Below, piece by piece: positions 46,215 through 57,790 of a stretch of DNA of 64,000 nt. Below the pieces are notes generated by a model. The model was not told the origin of the DNA. It did no database searches and saw nothing but the letters and a program-made list of their open reading frames with translations. Origin of the DNA: Schmidtea polychroa (lineage: Eukaryota); contig CM097885.1 of assembly GCA_044892525.1 (NCBI GenBank), positions 199,578,001-199,642,000 of the forward strand, given 5' to 3'. The position numbers and the translations under genes are program-made. Positions within the stretch are counted from its first letter, which is position 1, and every line of letters begins with the position of its first letter.

Positions 46215-46346
46215 CTTTAAATTTGCAGCAAAAATCTTGAAACTAACAATATATATTTAATCAAAGAATTTCTAAATAACAAGTTTTAATTTAATTCGCA
46301 AAACCGCCAATTCCCAATTATTTAAACAAACAAATTTATATTGACT

Positions 46347-47090
46347 GAAAAATTATAAATTATAACTCTAAGTTAATTACAAAAGTATAAATTATAATCC
46401 TAATTTCATAAAAATATAAATTATAATTAGTTATAAAAGTATAAATTATAAATTTAATTTCCTAAAAATATAAATTACAAATTTACATTGACTATAAATT
46501 ATAAATTATAAGTTAATTATAAAAGTATAAATTATAAAATTTTATTAGCTTTAGAAATATAAACTATAAATTTAACTTCATAAAAATATAAATTATAAAA
46601 TTATATTAGCTTTAGAAATATAAACTATAAATTTAACTTCATAAAAAAATAAATTATAAAATTAAATTAGCTTTAAAATATAAACCATAAAATTAGCTTC
46701 ATAAAAATATAAATTATAAACTTAAAAATATAAATTATAAAATTATATTAGCTTTAGAAATATAAACTATAAATTGAACTTCACCAAATATAAATTATAA
46801 ACTTAAAAGTATAAATTATAAAATCATATTAGCTTTAAAATATAAACCATAAAATTAACTTCATAAAAATATAAATTACAAACTTAAAAATACAAATTAT
46901 AAAATTATATTAGCTTTAGGAATATAAACTATAAATTGAACTTCACCAAATATAAATTATAAACTTAAAAGTATAAATTATAAAATTATATCAGTTCTAA
47001 AATATAAACTATAAATTTAACTTCATAAAAATATAAATTATAAAATTATATTAGCTTTAAAATATAAACTATAAATTTAACTTAACTTAG
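46347..47090. repeat. AT-rich minisatellite (about 60-bp unit with shorter subunits)
   Basis: Repeated AAAATATAAATTATAAAATTATATTAGCTTTAGAAATATAAACTATAAATTTAACTTCAT. Related motifs at 41540-41650 on the other side of element C. Confidence 0.85.
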
Positions 47091-47109
47091 ATCGCCTTTA
47101 ACATCATAG

Positions 47110-47396
47110 TTGAAAATTTTTCATCAAAGACCCCCCATAAACCATATAGTCATCAACTACCACCTAAATATACTAAATTAGCTTATCTTAATATATATTT
47201 AACTTATATTATATTTTAAAATATAAATTGAAAATTTTCATAAATGACCCCCCTTCAAATTATGTAGCCATTAACTATTCCTTAGGTATACTGAATTGTA
47301 TCATCTTCGTATAGAGTCAAATTATATTTCAAACCAAAAAAAAAAATAATAATTCCATAAATTTTCGTAAATGATCCCCCCATATGTAGTAATCTT
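47110..47396. repeat. Degenerate approximately 120-bp tandem unit x3 abutting the gap
   Basis: AAATTTT.(A/G)T.AA(T/A)GA.CCCCC anchors near 47113, 47231 and 47360. Confidence 0.5.
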
Positions 47397-47556
47397 NNNN
47401 NNNNNNNNNNNNNNNNNNNNNNNNNNNNNNNNNNNNNNNNNNNNNNNNNNNNNNNNNNNNNNNNNNNNNNNNNNNNNNNNNNNNNNNNNNNNNNNNNNNN
47501 NNNNNNNNNNNNNNNNNNNNNNNNNNNNNNNNNNNNNNNNNNNNNNNNNNNNNNNN
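47397..47556. other. Assembly gap (160 N)
   Basis: Run of N. Confidence 1.
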
Positions 47557-48327
47557 ACTCTTACTATTATTATTACTATTATCATTATTATTATTATATT
47601 ATTAAAATAATTATCTTTATTTCATAAAAATAAAATTATAAAACAAATTATTGATTTTGGGATTCCCCTATCTCTAAATTTAGTTTCAATGGCCCTATCT
47701 TCCAATAAAATTACGGAAAATCTATTTTTAGTAACACCCCCCCCCCTGAAAACGACATCAATATTATTAATTTAAATTATATCCATATATGTATATATGT
47801 GTGGGTGTATATGTATGTGTATATATAAGTGGATGTGTGTAGGTACATACCGATTTATAAAACAACCTTATAACAATACGATAACCTTCCCCCTCAAGAC
47901 CACTGTTATGTGATGGTCACAACCCCTTTAAGGTGATGGAACGAGGATAGAGTAGTTTACTGAAGTAATTTAGTAGAATCATTTATTAATTTATTAAAAT
48001 TATTGGATTTATTTTTAACTAAATCAAAGAGACTAAATTTATTTTTAACTAGATCAAAAGAAGAAAAAGAAAAACAAAGACTAAGTTTATTGATTTCGAT
48101 CATCAAATTTATTCACATAATTGTTTCTTTGAATCATATTCATACCAAAAAGTCCTTCGAGCTCAGTTGATGGACCATCCCGATGAAATACATTTCCTGG
48201 GGTTGGAAAATGGAAAACTTATATTAAAATATCTTTCAGAATTTCTTTTAGATTTCCACAATTAAATAATTCCAAATTATTTCTCACAAATATATTCGAT
48301 CAAAAAGAATTTTAATATTTTATTTAA

Positions 48328-48996
48328 TTACAACATCCTGAATTTATTTCTTTGCTTGGCTGCTTTAAGATCATAAATGGGCATTTTTCATTTATTAATC
48401 GGATAAAATCAGTTTTTCTGTACAACCTTTACATTCTTCACCCCAGCTTTCTAATATTTTTTGAGATCTTTAACGCGAGCTTTGTTTAGATTAATACCAG
48501 TAAGATCAATAGGTTTGTCTGAAAAATAGTTGAATTAATATTTAAAATCTTAACTGAACATACCATATTTTAATTCACAAATTTGTGAATCAATTGCTTT
48601 TAGTTTTTCAGACTTTTTCAGCGGGCATAACCCAACTCAAAGGCTGAGACAAATGTTTTACAATATATGCAGTAGATGTTACCAATCCTCCAATATAATA
48701 ACACTAAAAATAAATTACAATTTTATATTAATCAGTTATAATACCTTACCAGACTTTATTCTTTTCCCTTACTTGTTTTGCTCATCTTTTTGAATTTATT
48801 TTCAATATTTTCGATATTTGTACTTTCGTCTCCATCTATACTATCTTTCAGGCGTCTCACAAACTTAACACAAACTGAACAATTTTTAAATATAATAAAA
48901 ATAAGTGCCAAATACCTTCGCAATTATTTTCATTAACTGTAGCTGACATTACATAGTAAACAATGATTAGAAAAAAAAAACTGATAAAATTTTCAT
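48328..48996 (-). pseudogene. MANF: MANF/CDNF (ARMET) homolog, four exons, disrupted as assembled
   Basis: Spliced hand translation: signal peptide, NCE|VCVKF, GKE*SL|[27 protein letters not shown]|DKPIDL, KARVKDLKKILESWGEECKGCTEK. GT-AG introns 48875-48915, 48704-48749 and 48519-48563. Stop at 48756-48758 and several frameshifts. Confidence 0.9.
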
Positions 48997-50049
48997 TGCA
49001 AAATATTTCTAATTAATAATATATAAAAAAAAATGGTTTGTTAAAAAAAATAATTAGTTAAAACAAGTTTAAAATACTTCAAACTGACGTATAAGTTTTG
49101 TTTAAAATGTAAGTAACGAGTATTGTAAAATTAATTTAATATTATTATAAATTTTGAATTAAAATTTTCTTAAAATTCTAGAAAAAAAAAATCTATTATT
49201 AATAGAAAACAAATTTTTAAAAATAAATAAAGTTTGAGTCAATTTGAATTTTCTAGAAGTATCTCTTAAAATTATATAGGGAATTGTTTTGTAACAGTTA
49301 TTGATGTATTTTGAATTTATTTAACTTGAATTAAAAATATAATATTAACAAAAATGTATTGTGAGATTTTGATTGTTGATCTAACCATCTCTCTATAACT
49401 ACCCGGGCTCAACAAAGGGGAGTGTCATTGTAGGTCAACTAGGACAGTCATAGTCACCGCGAAATACGCTTAGTCAAATAATACGCGGTCATAAACAATC
49501 ATGGTTCTTGTAAAGTTATTATATTTTGTTGTTGTGGTTGGTGAAATTTCCGACCCTTATTCGTATGTTCACCAACATATAAGTTGTTTTTTTTGATTGT
49601 GTCCTAATTTAATTCATTATCCTCAAAAATTTCTTAAGGTATGTTTCATAAACTATGGCTATGTTTCACTTAATTTATATTCAAACATTTTAGATGTGGT
49701 ATTGTATGAACAGGTTTTAATAGATTAATGTATGATTCCTGATGACTTATGATCGTTTGAGGATAGAAAGTTTGTATAGGCATAGTTGAGGAAGTGATTA
49801 TAATAAGGGACCTGCGTAAATCGGACATACATCTTCTAACGATAGTCCGTGAACCCATTAGAGTGCTCGACAATTACAGTGCAAGTAGTGCGCTCACTTT
49901 TTGCGAGTACTCACCCTCTTGATACAGTACCAACGTTGATCGCTCAACGGGTATCAAGCGGTAAACAATGTTGTATCTTGGGTTACGCTGGTAACAGCAC
50001 TAAAGGGCAAAATATTTGATCATCAGTAACCCACCATGACTTTATTTTT

Positions 50050-50611
50050 GCAAATTAGTTTTGGTCTTACTTCCCCCGGGCTTCCTCTTGTAGGTCTAAT
50101 TCAATTTAAGGGAATTGGCCCTTTTTCTTTGACGGCTCTTGTCACTTTTATTTTTTCTGGCTAAATTAATTGCCTTCCCAAAATTGGATTGCTAATTCAA
50201 GTTTTCTCAATTCGCTCGGGTTTTCCATTGTCTCGGGTTTCCCATTAGCTTGGGTTCTCCATTAGCTCGGGTTTCCCATTAGTTCGGGTTCTCCATTAGT
50301 TAATTAATTTTTGTTTTTTGTAATTTATTCTTTTTTCGGACCCCCCATTGATTTTATTTTATTATAGCTGAACTCGTCTCATTATTTAGCATCCGCCCAT
50401 ACCAGTTTTTTTATTTTGAATTTGGTTTTTTTATCGATTTTCACCTCATTTTTGTGCCTCTCTTGTTGAACCCCAACAATATTATAGCTTATGATCACTG
50501 CAGTCGAACGATGGATTATATCCATTATTAATTTAATAAACGAATTATTGAATAAAATTATTTGTACAGTCGTGATTTGATTTTGTTAGCCCCATCAGTT
50601 TTGGCCCAACA
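50050..50611 (+). mobile_element. LTR-like segment ending GGCCCAACA (family X relative)
   Basis: Reverse complement starts TGTTGGGCCAAAACTGAT. Contains an AATCCATCGT motif. Left boundary approximate. Confidence 0.45.
50215..50299. repeat. 17-bp tandem repeat x5 (CTCGGGTTTCCCATTAG)
   Basis: Read directly. Confidence 0.9.
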
Positions 50612-51130
50612 CAACATTCCAATTGCTTATTTGGTTGTTACTTTGAGTTAGAGTGAGATTCGCTTTCCTTTGTTTTTCGACCACTAGGCAATTGGCTATT
50701 AGTACAGTTCGTTTATATAGGTTTCTCTCATTTAAATAATTCAATTAACCAACATCAAAACAATTTCATAAGTGACATTTTTATAAAAAACAAAATAATT
50801 AATTAGGCGAAAATTTACCTCTCGGAGTTTCCCACATAGCTTTATATTATTATATCTATACTTTTCTCAAAATTCGCCATCCTTATATACCCATTTCCCC
50901 CGGAGTACGTCAAGTTGTAATTTATTTTAACAGCACTAACTAGTAATAGGTTTTCATTTAATAATAAAGATTTAAAGAGATTATAAAGAGAACATTGAAA
51001 TTTTCCACAAGATGACTAAAATGTCAATTTAGTTATCTTTGATACTTTTTGTATTGTTAAGAAAGAATGGAATAACTAATTCTTGGGAAATGGTTAATGC
51101 CATTAAAAAATTAATATTTACTGAAAAGAA

Positions 51131-52039
51131 TTACACATTTATTCTATCTTCAACTTCACCTACTACACAAATCTCTGTTTGCATATTCACATATATTAGA
51201 GGTGTAATAAGACTCCCAATTAATGGAGCAAGGGATCCAGAACTTATAAGATAAATCGGAATGAACTCTTGATCTTGACTCATTTTCAAAAACTTAGCAA
51301 TCCAATATGGACCTATGCTCATGACAACTGCAAAGAGCAATATTTCATGGCTTCTTATGACTTTTTGATCACTTGAAATTCTCTCTGAAATTGCATTCGA
51401 ACTAATCGCATTGGTAGATTGAAGAGTATGGGCAATTTCTTTAATTTTAGAAATTATTTTATAATAACAATAAATGATGACGAAGATGGGAATTGCAAAA
51501 AACAACAGAAACGTAAAGGTCACAAAAATTATAATAAAACTGGATCCCTTCAACCAATTGACTGCACATCCAAGCTCATAATAATTGGGAAAAATCATTC
51601 TTTGATGAACTGGAACTGTACAGAATACAATACTAATAATCCAAATCAAAAGTATCTCTAATTGAATTTTTGATTTAGTGACAAACGTGTTATATTGCAT
51701 TGAATGGCAAATCGCCATGTAACGGTCAATGATAAGTAAAGAAAACGTCAGGGTGGATGATGTAACACAAAAGTAATTCACGGAACAACTGAGAATGCAT
51801 AAACCATTGCCAAAGATCCATTCGTGTGATATAACATATGAGACATTTATTACCATTACAAAGGAAGCCAGCAAAAACTCAATAATTGCATAATTAAAAA
51901 GGAAAATTAAATGATTTCTTCGTAAACCTTTACCAAGAGATAACAATTTGATTATGACGGCAACATTCCCAATGATGGATGCCACAATGAGAATTATCAT
52001 GATACCCGATATAATAATCCTTTCGCTTGTTGATCTCAT
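51131..52039 (-). CDS. Class-A (rhodopsin-family) GPCR, intronless, 302 aa
   Basis: Seven hydrophobic segments, GN in TM1, WIFG..LC, DRY (IIDRYMAIC), TM5 PIFVIIYCY, TM7 TPLIY. Confidence 0.9.
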   Translation of the reverse strand: MRSTSERIIISGIMIILIVASIIGNVAVIIKLLSLGKGLRRNHLIFLFNYAIIEFLLASFVMVINVSYVISHEWIFGNGLCILSCSVNYFCVTSSTLTFSLLIIDRYMAICHSMQYNTFVTKSKIQLEILLIWIISIVFCTVPVHQRMIFPNYYELGCAVNWLKGSSFIIIFVTFTFLLFFAIPIFVIIYCYYKIISKIKEIAHTLQSTNAISSNAISERISSDQKVIRSHEILLFAVVMSIGPYWIAKFLKMSQDQEFIPIYLISSGSLAPLIGSLITPLIYVNMQTEICVVGEVEDRINV

Positions 52040-52257
52040 GTTTACACTTTTTTCTCAGTTTTTCAATAGTTTTTCTAGTCGACTTTGCAACGATTCCAAA
52101 TGACTCTTACAAATATCAAATTTTCAATTACTTTACGCATGTTTCTTTTATCATGAATTCTTTCATTGACTTATTTTAACGAATATATTGATCCTCCAAT
52201 ATTAACTTAATTAACTGGAAAAATTCATTTCAAATTTGTTATATTTTTTAAAAGATT

Positions 52258-52571
52258 CAGTGGCGTAGGCAAGGGGAGGGGGTTTAGGGGGTTAAACCTC
52301 CCCCTATTGGATTTTTCATGTACAAATATTTGTTGCCGTCAAGTACCTCAAAAATCATCCACCTAAATAAGAAAATAACAAGACACTTATTGCTTTATTT
52401 TATTTATTGTAAACGTAATACTGTGACATCTGTCTGTAATATGTAGTCTGTACTCTCAGTACCTTGTGATTATTTATTTTGTTAAATTTTATTCTGGTTA
52501 TTGACCATAATATTAATAAATATTTCTCAACTCCAACCCCCTCCCTTCATAAATTCCTGGCTACGCCACTG
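52258..52571. mobile_element. hAT (Tip100-type) MITE, 314 bp
   Basis: TIR CAGTGGCGTAG/CTACGCCACTG. TSD AAAAGATT/AAAAAATT (7/8). Confidence 0.85.
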
Positions 52572-52841
52572 AAAAAATTTCATTTATTCATTCAACAAAA
52601 GTCCGTGCTTAGTCCATCACTCAACAATATGATGCAGTGATTTACCGCATCGCAAAGTATAAAAGCTTTATAGAGTGTATTGGCAGTACAATGTTAAATG
52701 AAAATGTTTTCATGTTTTTCATTTATTTAATTATTATTTTATCAGATCATTTATATGTAACATTTGTTATCATTTTAAAGCCTTTGAATAGGTGAATCTA
52801 ACTACATTTTGAAAATTACAATTTTAAAACTCCATTTTAGA

Positions 52842-53400
52842 ATGATTGAAGAAAAAGCGGTAATTTGTGTTTTATTACGAAATTATTGGAAAAAAGCATA
52901 ACACTGCAATGTGGAAGGCAAGGATGTGCTCAAGGAAAATACAGCTCAGTGGTAGTTTCGTCGTTTTAATCAGGGAAATACCAGTCTTGAAGGTAAGAAA
53001 CGTTCAGATCAACCATCAGTGGTGAACAAAGATGAGTTTCATGCCTTCGTAGAACAGCAGTCTAACACTAGCACCCATAGGCAGTCGAGGAGCTAGGCCA
53101 TTCCCAAAGCACCATTGAATCGTTATCAACATAACATGGATTTTGTAAATAAAAATTCACTCTGAGTTCCCCACGAATTTACAAACATTCAAGCCCAGTA
53201 TCGAGTTTATCTTTGCCGCGAACTATTTCATAACAGAGAAGACAGTTGTTTTTTGGAAGCGAATTATTATAGGAGACGAAAAGTTGGTTTTCTTTCGATT
53301 CTAGTGAAAGTAAGTAGTGTCTTGAGCCAACTCAGCAAGTAGTTTCTCCAGGTCTCTTTGAAAAGAAGGTGATTTTGTGTTTTTGGTAGAATTATGCTGG
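52842..53400 (+). pseudogene. Mariner-type transposase remnant
   Basis: AQW*FRRFNQGNTSLE, RS.QP, VPHEF, IIIGDEK and KKVILCFW motifs with stops and frameshifts. Confidence 0.8.
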
Positions 53401-53599
53401 AAACTTGGGAGCCGGTATATAATATGCCATAATGAGGTGGTATAAAAAAGCATTATTTTAGCTGACCTTAGATAATTAACAACGATTCAATAAATAATTA
53501 AAGTAAATCTAAAGCGAAGGGAGTAAAGGAATTAGGGTCTATTTTTTTATAAATTTTATTTAATAAAAACCTGCTCCTAAGATTCAAGTAAGTCCTATC

Positions 53600-55620
53600 G
53601 GACGAGTCATGGTTTCTGTATGACCATGACTGGCTCCACTTTTAGTTTCGTGTCTTCTGGGCTTCCAGTCTTGCCAGACAACAAAGGTTTATGGACATGG
53701 GTCATCCTTGTTGTACTCCATTATTTATTGTCGAACCCATATGTTACGCACGCCCATATCTTACGCAAAAAGAAAAAAATTACTATTACTAATTACTTTT
53801 TCCTTATTTTAGTTTATGTCATGTCTTTTAAATCTTAGGGGTAAAGTTTTATTTTGTTTTTATAGCTTTTGGCGGGAAAATTTGGAGGGAATTTAAATCC
53901 CGAAAATGAAATACATTTTGACACTAGAAGAAATTGAAAAAATTAAAACTTGTCTAAATCAAGGAAGTAGTTGGATTACTGACTTAGATAGACATTCAAA
54001 AAGAAATTTTATAAAGAAAGCTGAAAACTTTATTGAAGTGGAAAATAAGCTTTATCTAAAATCAGGAGAATGTAACAAAGATATCATTGCAAATGATGAT
54101 GAAGTTGGCCTGCACAATTTATTTGAAAGATTGCATCTCCCTGACCACACTGGGATGAAAGCAATGTATGAAAACTCAATATAATTGTACGCGGGCTTCA
54201 AAAGGGAAAGAATAACGCGATATGTATCTTCTTGTTTAATATCCAAAATTTAGAAAAACAATAATTAAATTTCATTATTTAATTGCTTTTTATATAATAT
54301 TTTGGTGTTTTTATTGCTTCTTATGCTTTTTTATCTAATTTGTATCTTTGTGTAGAATAAAAAAATTTTTGCGTAAGATATGGGCGTGCGTAACATATGG
54401 GTTCGACATTTATTTTTATGTTATCTGTTTTGCTTCCTTCACGTTAATAATATGTTAAACATTCATTGTATATGTTTTGTTTGAGTTCTAATGTGTTTGT
54501 GTGAATCCCCATTTTATGTAGTTGATGTCATAGTAATTCATATGGGAAGCTACCAAATGCGTCTGCTAGATTTAGCTAAATAATATATATATCTGTTTTT
54601 GTTCTGATGACACTTTCTTTAACTGATGTTAGTACTGTGTTGTGTTCGGAGCAACCTTCAGTTATACCTATTGCTTTCTTGTTGCTACAAAGTAAATTTT
54701 ATAGTCATATCCATTTGAGGAGCCTGTTGTTTATGATGGCAGAAAAAAATTCTGTATGCTGTGTCTAATATTGCTATTGTTCTCCATAAGGATATGTCGT
54801 GGTTATTTTCTTCCTTACCGGGTTTAAGGATAAGTTTTGTTTTGTATGTTTTCATGTTCTGGGGCATGCTTTGTTTCGTATTATGTGGTTAAATATTGCA
54901 GTAAGTAGTTCACGGATGGGGTCAATTTTTCCAGTCCATGTATGTAATCTTATTTTTTCCCGGGCAGATCTTTTATTTATTTTTTTTATTGTGTATGTTG
55001 TTTCTATGCTTTAAATAATATTTGTAATCGTATTGTTTTTGTATAGAGGATATTCTATTTTATTATTTATGCAAATAGTTTTTATATTAGAAGTTAAGTT
55101 AGCTACTACTCGTGTTGTGGGTGAGATGATAACATTTGTTTTAATATCAAATATATTTTCAACTGTTTAGTTTATATGAGAATATTTTTAGGGGTTTGTG
55201 TCTTATTAATTTGTTTCATTATGTTTATTATTCAATATTTATTATGGTATATTATTTTATGTATTCTATCTATTTCTTCGAAGGCCATGCCTGGGTTGTT
55301 TAGGTTGTCTTGTTGTGTAGCGTAGCAAGGCTATTTAAAACTAGTATATTTTGTAATGTCTGTATATAGTTTTCTTTATTTAATATGTTATAGTGATAAT
55401 CCTATCTATATTTCCTCTTATAGTCCTAATGTTTGAAATTGTGATATTCCTGTTTGTGTTGAGATATAGGGTAAAATGGCATATGTAAAATCTAGAATCA
55501 TATATTTTGACATATTTTTGGTATTGTATATCTTTAATCGTGACATTTATTGTGTTTATTATTTCGTGAAAGTTTTGTATTGCTTGTAGTCATAGCCGCA
55601 TTTGCATCTTAGGCAATATA
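53600..55620 (-). pseudogene. Degenerate non-LTR retrotransposon of R2/NeSL (RLE) type, split by the Ginger insertion
   Basis: N-terminal CKCGY zinc finger, SAPG..ITY..WK..DP, T.LI.K.G, WRTIAILDTAYRIF, EGCSEH, LNLADAFGSFP, then TDNIKI|NNGVQQG*PMS continuous across 53729-54408. Confidence 0.82.
53729..54408 (+). mobile_element. Ginger2/Tdd-like cut-and-paste transposon, internally deleted, 680 bp
   Basis: Perfect 43-bp TIR TGTCGAACCCATATGTTACGCACGCCCATATCTTACGCAAAAA. Perfect 5-bp TSD TTTAT. ORF 53906-54240 with an integrase-like zinc region HLPDHTG...YVSSC and no DDE core. Confidence 0.8.
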
Positions 55621-55799
55621 TATTAACGCGCCCCATTATTCGTATTAAAACTTCAAAAGTACAAATATACAATTAAAACTAATTATCTGTTGTTTTGGTA
55701 ATTTATCGATTTAATAAGAACTAGAAAAGTCAGTAGAGTACGCTTTAATTAAGTAAAACTTTTCTTTTCTTACTTCCTTTTAACACATTAAAATTTTTG

Positions 55800-57790
55800 C
55801 CTTGATTTTTTGATCAGCAAATCATCAATTATCAGAATAATCTATATTTGATGTAAAGACATGAATATAAGACATGAAATTATAACATTAAATGTTCTGG
55901 TTTTAAAATTCTGATTGATATGTAATTCCGATTCTTCAATTGTTTCATCATGAAACATTTCCCGTTTTCTCCCTCGTTTTCTTTCAAATTCTTTAACAAA
56001 TGATATTTCTTTGGCTTTAGATTCATAGTTTTCATATAAATTTGACATTGAATTTACGAATTCAATCAAAACGAATTCAACAACAATCGATAAATCATTT
56101 TCAATGGATTGTAACTTTAAACAAGTATCATTAAAACGTTCTAAAATAGATTTCCAAAATGTCATCATAAAAGCGCATTCGAGACAATTCATTTGTTTGT
56201 TAATATTTTGAGCTTGGCTTCTAACTTGAGAAGATACTGTTTCATCTTGTGATATTTTTTTAAAGCTTTAGATATTCCCGCCCAGTTTTCATACAGAGTT
56301 TTGCATGCATCATACTGACAAGACCATCTTGTTTAGGAAAGCTTTTTTATGGTTAGCCCTTTTAAAGTAATAGTTAACACTAACCAACGACTTGTTGAAG
56401 AAGAAAAGACATTAAATAATTCTTGTAAAAAATTAAAAAAGGATGCTGCATCTCGGCAACAATCCACCAAGTTGATTGAGTGTGCTGCACAAGGTATAAA
56501 ATGAGCTAATTCATTGATTTTCTTAATTCGTGCTTTAAGTCCTGAATAAATTCCAGACATGTTTCTAGCGTTATCATATGGTTGTCCTCTCAAATATTTC
56601 ATTTCAATTTTATTTTCATTTAAAAATTGTATAATTTCTTTCTCCATATCTTCAGCTTTATGCCTTACATTTTGCAAAAGCTTCAAAAAATGTTCCTCGG
56701 GGACTCCCTTTTTACATATTGAATAATACAAGCAACTTGATCAGTATGTGATATGTCAGGAGTGGAGTCAACACTAATTGAATAATATTTTGCTTCTCTT
56801 AATTCCTTTTTCGACCATCAATATTACAATTTCTTCGAAAACTATTGACAATAAATATGATGTACCTCCTTTTCCTAGATTTCCATATTTTTCAATACGC
56901 GCAGCTTAAAATGGGTCAAATTCGGCAACTAATTCCACGGCGATTAAAAAATTCTCATTATTGATGTTTCCAATTATTTCAGTTTAACTCTTAAAGGCAA
57001 TGTTCGGCTAGCAAGTTTTCGTATAATACACACAACCCGTTTGAGTACCTGAATTTAATAATTTTTTCCTTTAGAATTTCTTTAATTATTAGTTCATTTA
57101 CATTTGACGCAGAGTCTCCTAACAATCGCTGTTTAGAACTGTTTCTAACTGTCTGTGTTGTGAAGTATTTTCGTGCTGAGATAAACATTTAGTTACATTT
57201 TTCCAATCACAATAACCTTCTGTTGTCAGTGCTGATCCACAACCTCATAACAATCGACAAGGAGCACAATAAATTGATTTGCTACTTTCAGAATATACTA
57301 GATAATTTCGACGTCACCATTTTGCAATTTTCTCCTAAAACACTTTCATTTAAATAACCTTCATTTCATTTAAAACCTTCTTTGTTTATGAGAAATCTGT
57401 AGGGGTGTTTTGACTAATGGAATTATTTTTATTACACAAATATTTAATAGTAGAGTCATTCCATGTAGCAGGATCAAGGTTTATTTGAATGTTTGTGTGA
57501 TTTTCGGACAGATTTACCATTTTTAAACAATTAGCGGATGTGTCAGTGTTTATTTTGTTCAAAATCCTAGAATGTTTGAATATCAAGTGATGAGACATCT
57601 GTGGTAGTTTCATTGTGTATTTCCACAATCGAAACACAATGCCTTACCTGTCTTGAACTACGGTTTCGGGTTTTTAATTAAAAATCCATCTAGTTTAGTT
57701 GTTTTTTCCATGATTTTATCGAATTTTCTTTTGCTAATTTTCTACTTTGATAACCACTATTTTTTATGCCCTTCCATTTAATTTATTTTA
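55800..57790 (-). pseudogene. Degenerate hAT transposase (Tip100/ZMYM1-like)
   Basis: IYCAPCRL, GYCDWKN, ENFL..VEL...DP, YYSISVDSTPDISHTDQ, RGQPYDNA.NMSG, FIPCAAHSINLV, FSSSTSRW. Many stops and frameshifts. No TIR found. Confidence 0.85.

Larger units (their letters stand above)
41653..46346 (-). mobile_element. Ty3/Gypsy LTR retrotransposon C (relative of B), integrase region disrupted
   Basis: 3' LTR 41653-41793 (AGTTAG...TTAACT). 5' LTR 46191 to about 46332-46346, with a 12-bp duplication and an altered outer end. PBS 46181-46191. PPT 41794-41804. No clear TSD. Confidence 0.92.

Noticed and set aside
47322-47610. ORFs containing X residues
   Set aside because: Artefacts of the N gap.
20762-50299. 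Short tandem arrays as possible CRISPR-like repeats
   Set aside because: No unique spacers, no cas genes, eukaryotic context.
51131-52039. Opsin identity for the GPCR
   Set aside because: No Lys at the retinal-binding position in TM7.
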